Below are positions 42,624 to 53,600 of a stretch of 64,000 bases of DNA, piece by piece. The notes beneath the pieces were generated by a model. That model made no database searches and had not been told where the DNA came from. It saw nothing but the letters and a program-made list of their open reading frames with translations. The DNA is from Trichoplax adhaerens (taxonomy: Eukaryota > Animalia > Placozoa): positions 5,257,397 through 5,321,396 of the forward strand of contig NW_002060945.1 of NCBI RefSeq assembly GCF_000150275.1. Reading direction: 5' to 3'. Each line of letters begins with the position of its first letter. Position 1 is the stretch's first letter. The position numbers were made by a program, and so were the translations under genes.

Positions 42624-45600
42624 TTAAATTTTTAGACTAATGCCTTGTGAACTTAAAAAAATTGAAATTTTCGTACATAATAAAGTTATTAAAACATCAT
42701 AGCATAAATGTGTAAAATGTAAGTTTCGAAATATTAAAGGGCGTGGGATTCGAAGTAAATAGATGTGCAAGATGTAAAAACCAATGGAATTCTTGCCTAC
42801 AAAAAGACATTTGTTATCAATTGCTTTCTTAATGGAAGGACATATTTTGCATGAAGATCTAACCTAAGACTTCCAATCTTCTTTCGGGAAAAAAATTTTT
42901 GTGGTCAGCTGCCCAGTATAATGCCGTTTGAAATATATAAGCAATACCTCCAGAAATTAAGACGTAGGACAGGGACCTTCACAGGAATTACAAGAGTAAA
43001 GATAGATATTGTCAAATTATTTTTGAAATTGAACTTGCAATAGGCAAATCAATAATTGTCTATAACTATGGCTTCTATTATTCTTTACCATAAATTTTTA
43101 TTTACAGGAATTAGGTCGCTAATATGAAGAGCACAACCTAAAGATATCTGCAAGAACATAGAATGAAATGCTGAGCTTTCTTGAAGAATTATAGATAAGC
43201 AACACTTAGGTCATGAGTCTTATTCATTGATATTAAATTATTAATTCTGATTCCATACTAAAAGTAAACCAAATAAGATCCACGTTCTCATTATTCTTAA
43301 ATTATTAGAGAATATATTATGTAGAATTCCCATCTAAAGTAAAATTTGAGAATAATTTTAATTTTAATAATCATTAATATTTAAATTATAACTAATTTAT
43401 TCATATATTTTTAAGATAATTAATTAATTATATTGTAAGAGGTGACTCATCACCTGTAATCCTAAAAAGCATAGAAAGATCGATGTAAGTGTTCCTAATA
43501 CACCTTCAGGATCGAATGGTTGGGAGCTCTGATATAATAACTGGATTAATGAAAATTTTTGTTGAACAATATTAAATTTTCGATACAGGTCACGTTATGA
43601 AGTGCATACTATGATAGAAAAAATACATTCTATTTGCTAACTTTGCATGTCGGACGCGAATATAAATGATTACTACCAAAAACAAATCGATCTATGAATC
43701 CAGCTATTCCTCCAGTACAATTGTAGTATTTTCCATCATCAGATTTGCCTCCGGGACCCGAATATCCTCTAACATACGTAAATTTACTTACCAAAAGCAT
43801 ATCTACGTATTATGTATCACTATAGATAGTAGGATGCCCTACAAATAGTATGTGTAAAAGAATACGCTGTAGTATATTGAAACTTACACTGGACAATCAG
43901 GAACAGCTGCTGTAAGTGTTACGTAAGTGTGAAGACCAACGATTAATACCATGATCGGCCACATCTTCCTTAAAACTTTCTCTTGCAGTACTTGATCCTA
44001 TAGCAAAATTTTAAGTAAGGAATCTGAACTAATCTTAAAGGTAATAAATTTATAAACTATCGGAAGTTAATTTTTTAACTGAATTATTTCTATTCCATTG
44101 TAATCATTAAATTAACAAGTTTCCTACAAAACTTAATCAATATACTACCTTCGTGAAAGATTTAATCGTGGGATAAAGCCATACTGCTAAGCAAGATACA
44201 ACTAAGAAGGTTACAGAAATTCTTTGTAATACTCCAAGTAACCTCCAATTGGAAATTTGGCAGGGACCGTTAATCAAAAGCCCCAGAAAAAATAAATAAA
44301 ATGATCTACGAATTGTAGTTACAATTAAAATGAGCTTCGGCGTTTGCATTTTATACAGTCGTTTGACCAGCGATATAGAGAGTGAGAAACCCGAAATAAA
44401 GATAAATCCAGGAAAAACGACATCGACGATAGTGAGACCATTCCAAATAGAATGCTTGAAGAATCGGTATTGTCCTCCACCAGAATCACCAAAAGCCATA
44501 ACAATAGCACATAAACTATCGGTATTTTTAAATAAAATACTAACTATGCAATTAAACTATTAAATATTTAGTTATGATAATTTAAAGGATGACATCTTAC
44601 TACATTACAAAATGGAAATTTCTATCAAGAATTAATATAATTAATTCTTTTGTGAAAATAATACTAAGATTAGGCTTTGGGTATTTTATTTATGTATTAG
44701 TAGAAATCCGATTAATTGCATATACTGTTTCATATTGCTAAAGATTTTTGTTTATAAAGTAAAGCTGTTGAATAACAATCAATAAACGATAACATACCCT
44801 CTATAGAGGTCCAGTGACCGTATACGCCTGTCTAAATTGTCTATATGAGGTTGTTGGTAAAGATTTCTATCAAAATAGAATGCAATTATTTATTATCTAA
44901 TATATCACAAGCCAAAGATTCGAAAGTGGACTCGTCTACATATTGATCAATTCTATATTAATCAAAGTTGCGAACCGTCACCATGCTGTAAATGTATTAA
45001 AATTACCTCTTTAAATTTACAGGATAAAGGAGATGCCACAGGATGTAATTCATTGCTATAACACATGCAAATAACATCAAGCCTTGATCTAATACTGATA
45101 TACGATCTTTTAATAGAGGTCTTAATGTGCATTCGGTATAGTTATCTCCTTGAGTGTCTAAAAACATCAAATAACGAACTCCTTCCTGGAATTGGATTTG
45201 TCGCCTATGATATGATATAGAGTACGAGATTAGCCATTTACTATAATACTCTAATTGATTCAATAAGTCGCATCGCGATTGCCTAAATAGATATAGGAAT
45301 GTCTAGTACTAGTGCGCAATAAGTAAGGAATAAGGCATATAACATTGTAAGATTGTATGTATGGTTTTGCATGCTCGAACAGGGTAATTTGATTAGTACA
45401 CAGTATATTAAACATTTACGTATAACATTGACAATAATTTGGATATGCAGCATATTTTGTAAAATACGAAGGATGGCGTATGAATGTATATAATATTCAA
45501 CAAATAAATCGTTTTTATCCTACTAACTGGCAGTGGAATGTTTTGTTACTACTCTTTAGCACATTGATATCGATAGGATAATTTGTATCCAGATATATTG

Positions 45601-45775
45601 TAGTATTGGTAACATCTTCGGCTATGTTTTCATATGAACATCGATAGCAGTTTGATGATCTAGCATAGATAGAGAAGGATGTTGAAGGAGAATAAATAAG
45701 CAACTGTGCCACATTAAGAGTAGAATAGAAAGTAGCTCCAAATATTTGCAGTTGTGGGAGGGTTGTAGTCATCAT
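42624..45775 (-). CDS. HGSNAT: Heparan-alpha-glucosaminide N-acetyltransferase-like (divergent), ~11 exons; start codon uncertain
   Basis: Exons give CYRC (luminal domain), [97 protein letters not shown] and terminal SLKI*. These are HGSNAT-family signature blocks in the expected order. Confidence 0.88.
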
Positions 45776-46932
45776 AGATGGTCTTATTGCGTTTGGAAAT
45801 TCTACAAGCTGGAAGTAGTGTAAATTAATTTCATTTGTTTGGAGAATAGGAAGAATGGAAAGGACTGCTGTAGAGGCAGAAATGGACAGATTGGTCAGGT
45901 TAGTTTTCTTTCCATAAAGAGTTGTCGTTACATTCCAAATTGTATTAGCTATTAGGCCACATGTAAAATTGAAAAGAGCAATGTTATGATAACAATCATA
46001 GCAGTAAGAAGAATATTCACTATCAATAACTTTGCTTGATACCCTTCAGCCGTATAATTCTTGATTTGCTATTGGCACTCATTATCAGATCATGGACAAT
46101 GTTCTCTCCATTAAATATATTAATAGAAGCATTAGCAGGTGCATGGTTTACTATGACAATATCGCAAACTAGAGAAATTGTAAAACGATTAAGATCAGAA
46201 TAATTGTAGTGAATTCGTTATTTAACATTCTGCTAATTCTATTTAATTACTGCAATATACCGTAATCAATACTTTAGTATCTGTATTAAAAGGAATTAAT
46301 GTGGTTGCATTACAAACAACAGTACTTCATGTACTACGTAGTACAGTATTAGTGGCAACAAGTGATTTATATACAGTAGTCCAAATGCTTGTGTATAGCG
46401 TCATTTTGTTTCTAAACTGATCACATTAACCCTTCGTAATGCAAGTACTCAAATGTTAACTGCATCGCAGTTATTGAATATAATTATCAAAGTAATTTAA
46501 AGTAGTCCTTGTCAGCATGGTATACAATTACTGTAGTAGCAATGGTTATGTACTGGTTAGTAATTGTAGCACAGTCATTGAATTTCAGATCATTCATTAT
46601 CAAAATAACCTCAAATAGTTTCTGCTAGCACCATATCTAATTACTGCATATAGTGGCAATGATGGTTAAACAATTTCTAAAAAAGTCATATTACATGAAT
46701 ATTAGTTAGAACTATAGATACAGCGTAATGATATACGGTATATCTGTTTACGGTATATGACATAAGCGTACTAATTCGATAATACTGCATAATACTAGTC
46801 ATGAATATGTAGATTATTTTGTACAAAATAATTCTTGCTAGCATGGCAACTGGATACAGTGCAATGATCTATCATCTACAGTATTTCATTATACACTGTA
46901 TCTATGACTATAACTAACATGCATATATACTG

Positions 46933-46954
46933 TATATATATATATATATATATA
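46933..46954. repeat. (TA)n microsatellite
   Basis: Uninterrupted TA run between the HGSNAT-like and PCSK5-like genes. Confidence 0.85.
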
Positions 46955-47311
46955 TTAAAAGTATTTAGATAGGGTTTAATATTCTATCGGATTGCATTTC
47001 TGATTCATTAACGCCACTAGTGTTCCAACTGCTTAATATCTCCTGTAAGCTATTGCACATCGACTGTACAAATTGCTTGTGTACGATGTTGCACTTACCT
47101 CTCTGTGATCTTTCGCTGATTAATAATACGATCGTTATTATCACTATAAGAATCATACATAAAGATGAATAAAAGCCTTTGAAGGTAGCTAGATGATGCA
47201 TTTTGAGTTGGTTTGTTGATATTCATTTAATCCATTTTGATTCATTTTGGAGCTGTGGCAGTTGACAGCGTGGAAAGGAATTTGTATGATACTGAAGCCA
47301 TACAGGCATCC

Positions 47312-47590
47312 AGTACAGTACACTCTACTGTACTGTACACTGTGCACTGTACACTGTACAGTACAGTACTGTACTGTAAACTTATAGTACAGTGTACAGT
47401 ACTAAGTCTACTGTACTGTACAGTACTGTACAGTACTGTAGAATTACGTCAAACCACTAAGTGCTGTACTGTACTGTACAGTACAGTACATGGTGGTTTG
47501 ACACTGGGTATGACTCATTCATGTACAGTATAGACAGTATAGTGTACTGTATAACTGTCATTGGCGGTGTTGTACGTAGTACGTCAGTAC
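47312..47590. repeat. Long ACTGT/ACAGT pentamer array upstream of the PCSK5-like gene, with perfect palindromes
   Basis: Dense units in both orientations; perfect palindromes at 47357-47378 (22 bp) and 47465-47490 (26 bp). Confidence 0.92.
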
Positions 47591-47648
47591 CAGTGTTATC
47601 GGCAATATTCAGTCAATTAAGCTTTGAGAAGAGAGAAGATTGCTTGCC

Positions 47649-50600
47649 ATGATGGCTGAACAACTGGTCAAGATATTGCTGTTATTTTTAACTTTAATTC
47701 ACATAGTACGGCAGGAAAGCACTGAACATTATACCAATACTTGGGTTATTCATGTACCTGGTGGATTAACCAATGCTAAATTGGTTGCTACTACACATGC
47801 AAGTACAATTCTTCATCAGGTTAGTAAGGTAGTCATGAAAGTGGACCAAATCGACTTGTAATGAAATCATTCAAATCAGTGAGAAAAATTCCTGTCATAG
47901 AGACGAAAGCAGGGATACAGAGGATAGAATGAATCTACTCCTTATTTCTCTCGTTTGCTATAGAATAAAAACGACTACGCTCTTGATTCGTAGTTGAGAG
48001 GGAAAGAGAGTTGATAAAATGCGCTCATATAGCAGCTTATTCATTTTCATGGCTGCTACGTAGTAGCTGTATACAGTAGTAGCAACTCCAATTGTTTTTC
48101 TGTCAGTTTACAGTAGAATTTGGGGGGCATACACAGACATGTTAATATAGTCAATGCTCAATATCAAGATCCAAAGTCACGCTCTCTATGATATTTTCTT
48201 ACAAAGTGGACAATATAAAATATTCTATTGGTTATAGCATCATTGAATCGATATTTTACAATATCAATGACCACCTATGTTAGTAGTATCAACAATCAAA
48301 ATGGGTGTTGATCTCAATGGTTAGTCAGTACTGTACTAAGTACCTTCTAAAATTGTAGGGTGGTCACTAGTTATCACAGTCTTAACCATGGTCTTGACAT
48401 TTTTCACATTTTGCTGTTATGCCATAGAGTACGCGTATTTATCAACGAAGCTAATTGTTGAAAGGATCAGAGCGCTTTGAAACGATTAGATATTTTTCGC
48501 TGTCAAGTTCATTTATTTTCTTTTTCCTATATAGTCTCTGTTGCAGCTAACTTGGCTTCCTTAAGGATATTTTTCAATGCTCTATGTTTCACTTCCCTTC
48601 ACGATGACTTCATTTTCCGACAGTATACTGCGAGTTGACTTCAGTCGATCGAAATAGTGTATTAACTTTGTGTCTTCTTAAAGTTATTTCTCGCATTTTT
48701 ACTACTTTTAAATTTGGAAAACAATTTAGTAACTCTACAGTTACATCACAATCCCAGTTTCAATCTTTTTCTCATATCATGGGTACTTAATGCTGCTCAA
48801 AGGGTATCATGATGCGTTATGATGAAATTTTTTATTGATTTTTCCAATGTGTTATTAGGTTGGAAGTTTAGAAGATCATTATTTAATACGCCATGCTGGT
48901 ACGCCGCATCGTTCCAAAAGAAGTAATTCTTATAAAAGCTGGAATTTAAGGCTTGATACAAGGGTTAGTTTTTTCTAATTATGATAAACTAAACCAAAAC
49001 ACAGTTGGCGATATCAATTTTCAATTTGTTAATTCTTGGTATTCATGGTACAATTTGTCACGATATAGTCTGACCGTATTGATAGATTTCCAAAATTCAC
49101 AGAATTGAGGTAGAAGCTACTTGCTATGTACAGTATTTGCAATGCCTATCCGTATACTACAGTACAGTATCCTCATAAATTCATGCTACATAAAGGATAC
49201 GTATATCGTCATGAAACTTTCAGATTTTGTGTCTACGTGATTTGTATTTCAATCAGTTAACTACTACTTCAAAATGTTAGTTGACTTACAGTATATTTCT
49301 TATAATTATAATTAATGTCAACATTTCTAAGAAACTGTAATAGTATTGTGGTCTAGCTCATTGATTTATTAATAAATAATTGAATGCGAGTTACCTCCAA
49401 ATACATCAAAAAGAATACAAGTGATTGAAGTTCGACAGAAAAAAATTTGTAGTGATAAAGAGTTATAATCAAATTCTCTCATTGTAAATATATCCGCAAC
49501 TAGTACGGTTCGATCCTATTATTGAATTGTTCTACTATAGAATCTACGATTAAGAGCTGTAGTTGTAGTCGGTACAAAGTGATCACTTGATAGTTTACCA
49601 CCAATATCATCATACATGATAACAAAAAATTCATTAGTCCTGCATCATATCGTTCAACGAGTATTAAAATTTTCGTATATCAAGTTTAATTCAACGACTA
49701 ATGTCAATCCTATAAATAGCTAGGTTTTCCATCCTTGCAACAATTTTATGGCTCAACTTAAATCTCCATACCTACTCAGAGTAAAATTTGCTTATATACA
49801 ATTGTTGTTTATCCACCAGGTATTATATGTCGAACAGCAAATATCCAAGTTACGAATCAAAAGATCATTTCCTAATTTTAATGATCCACTATGGCCAAAG
49901 CAGTGGTATTTGGTACGTCTTTAAAGTCTCTGTTGCTAGTATAGGATCAATTATATAATACATTAATAATGTTAGATAAAAATTTTATCAATAAAACGTA
50001 ATGTAGCTAGTCCCAAGAATATTAATTAATTAAGGGGTGCAACGGGATTATATTTTACTCATCACCATGCTAATATTATGCATAATGATATAAATAATAA
50101 CAAACTAATTAAATTAATTTATGTCGTATACGTACAAATTTGTAAAAATTAGGAAAATACAGGTCAAGCTAGTGGACCGCCGCATTTAGATCATAATATT
50201 ATTCCTGCCTGGAAAAGTGGAGCTACCGGCATAGGAATTGTTGTTTCAATTCTTGATGACGGTAAATAAGATATGAATTTCACTAACTTTTCAATATTTT
50301 TACTACCTATTTTTAGAAGACGATATTATGCTAGATTTAAAGTTTTTTAATTACTTTCTTCACTTTCGATTATTATATAACATCTGCAGCTTCTTTAATT
50401 AATAATGGAGAGCAAGTACTAAAATGTAAATAAACAATATCCTTTTATCCAACATTATAGGGTTATATTATGAACATCCTGATCTACGAAGGAACTACGT
50501 AGGTTGCATGCATCGTGCAGATGAAATAAAAGAATGCACTCAAATGCTGCAAAGAGTTTATGATCATTTATATAATATTATTGTTACTTACCCTGTTCTT

Positions 50601-53600
50601 CTTGCCAGGATCCTGAAGCTAGTTTTGACATAAATGGAAACGATCATGATCCAACTCCTAGAAAAACTGGGAACGACGAAAACAGGTTAAACGTTAAAGT
50701 CTGATTAAGCGTACATGTGTTTTGGTGTATGTGTCAACCTATATTGGAAATTAAATAAAATTAAGTTGTCATCACTGTTTAGAGAAAATGAAGCGCGCCA
50801 CTATTCTAGTTTATGTTGGACCTATTTTTTAATTGAATTAATTAATCCGTAGACATGGCACCAGATGTGCAGGAGAAGTCGCCGCAATAGCTAATAACTC
50901 TATCTGTACAGTAGGAGCTGCATACAACGCTAAGATAGGAGGTCTTTTCGAATTTTAATAAAATACTTTGTCTTGATATGATAATAAATTTTCCATTTCT
51001 AACTGCAGGAATTAGAATGCTCGATGGAGATGTTACTGATGCAGTAGAAGCTACATCTCTTAGTTGGAAACCGCAACATATCGATATATATAGTTCTAGT
51101 TGGGGTCCAGAAGACGATGGTAGGAATATTGATGGTCCTGGGCCATTAGCGAAGAAAGCTTTTATAGATGGTGTTAATAAAGGTCGTCATGGACTCGGTT
51201 CTATATTTGTGTGGGCATCTGGAAATGGTGGATCTGTCCATGATAATTGTAATTGTGACGGATATGTAATTAGTATTTATACCATTAGCATTTCTGCAGC
51301 TACTGATACTGGCAATGTACCATGGTACACTGAAAGTTGTTCCTCTATCTTGGCTACTACTTTTAGCAGTGGTAATAACGGTCAAAATAAAATTATTACT
51401 GACGATCTGCACGACAGATGCACAGAGTCACACACTGGCACTTCTGCCGCTGCTCCTCTAGCTGCCGGTATGTTTGCTTTAGCATTAGAGGCAAATCCTA
51501 GACTGACCTGGAGAGATTTGCAGCATATAGTTGTCATCACATCAAAGCCTGATAAACTCCATACGGACGACTGGACGATCAATGGAGTTGGTCGTAAAAT
51601 TAGTAACTGGTTCGGTTATGGATTATTAGATGCAGCTGCATTAGTTAGTACTGCGCGGAATTGGAAAACAGTCCCTATACAAAGAAGTAAAAGCTTTAAA
51701 TTTAAGACGAAAAAGAAGTAAGAATTGTAATATACTATTACAAGTCCTATATAAATGCTGCATTTATGTACTATAAAATATGTACTGATAAATGTTATGA
51801 TTAAATCTTAAATCTTTGATAGTTACATTCCACCCAATGGCAGGCTTATCGTATCTATTAATGTTGAGAAATCCGAAGCCATTGTAAATTATTTAGAACA
51901 TGTTCAAGCTGTAATATCACTATCTCATAATCAGCGTGGTCTTATTACCATTCAGTTAATCTCTCCGGCAGGCACAAAATCGGTTTTGTTTGATAGGCGC
52001 CAACAAGATACATCCAGGGCTGGATTTAAAAACTGGCCTCTTATGACTACTCATTTCTGGGGAGAAAAGTCCGCTGGTAATTGGACATTAATTATTATAA
52101 ATAAAGATTCTAACTCGGGAAAGTTGAAGGGTTGGAAGTTAGTTCTGTTTGGTACTACATCGAAGCCACATGATTTGTATTATAGTTCATGTAATCCGGA
52201 ATGTGAGAGATCGTCTGGTTGTAATGGACCTGGAGCAGCAGATTGCAGAATTTGTCGGCATTTTCAAGCAGCAGATGGTCGATGCGTAAAAAATTGCTCA
52301 AATGGACAATACGGAAATTTAGAGACTAAGGCTTGTATAAATTGTCCATATGGCTGCGATGTATGTAATAATGATTCTTGTATCACTTGTAAGCCAAATT
52401 TTGCTAACTCGAATGGATCATGTGTTAGTTCATGCCCTGAAAGCACTTACCAGCATTCTTTTAATGGCAATACCAAATGTTTAAAGTGCTCTAGTAATTG
52501 TGCAGCTTGTGCCAATGAAACTTATTGTATTTCTTGCCCTGGCACTGCATACGAGTATAGAGGAAGTTGCATTCAGCAATGTCCACAAGGTACTTATTCG
52601 AACTATGTATATGGAATCAGAACGTGTACCTCTTGCAAGCATAACTGTTTAGATTGTTATGGAAATGAAGCTGGTTCTTGTCGAGTTTGCCAGAAAGGAT
52701 ATCAACTAGTAGTGGATCGGTCTAAGTGCACAAAATCCTGTCCAGTAGGATATTATAATGCTATATCTGGTGAGCAAAACATTTGCCTAGCATGTCATCA
52801 TCGATGTACATCATGTTTGTCAGCAGCATCGAGTGGTTGTAAATCTTGTAGTCATGGATTTCATTTATACAATGGGTCTTGTACAGACAAATGTCCAGAT
52901 GGCACATATACTGATAAATTTACTGGAGAATGTTTTCCTTGCTTTAATACGTGCACTACTTGTAATGCTGGTAAAAGCAAGAGCTGCTTATCTTGTAAAT
53001 CAAATCTTTATTTACAAAACGGAGAATGTGTAAGCAACTGTTTTAAAGGTTATTATCAAGATGATAATTTGATGAGATGTCGTCGTTGTCATCATAGCTG
53101 TGCCAGTTGTAATGGACCATCGAGTAATTCTTGTACTTCTTGTAAGTTATCTCAGTCATTCCTACATAATAATTCATGCTTAATGGAATGTCCAGTTGGC
53201 CATTACTCGGATATAACCATGAAAGCTTGCAATCCTTGTAGTAGTCATTGCTACCACTGTGTTAATTCATCAGTTTGCTTATCTTGTAATAAAAACTTTA
53301 TTCTTCATCATCAAAAATGCGCCAAGTCCTGCCCATCAGGCTATATATTAAAAGAAAGAACCTGCAATCCTTGTCACCCGACCTGTTCCAATTGTAGTGA
53401 TGATGATATTGCTTCGTGCTCAGGTTGTAAATCACACACTCACTTCCTTCATCAGGGAATATGCACAAAATCTTGTCTGTTTGGTTATTTTGGCGATACA
53501 ATTACGCAACAGTGCCAACCTTGCCATTCTTCGTGCGCATCATGCTTTGGAGAAGGTAATAGCAGTTGTTTACTTTGCCCATTAGGGAGATTTCTTCAAC

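Noticed and set aside
49500-49520. GGTTCGATCC tRNA T-loop/B-box-like motif
   Set aside because: No cloverleaf stems or A-box around it.
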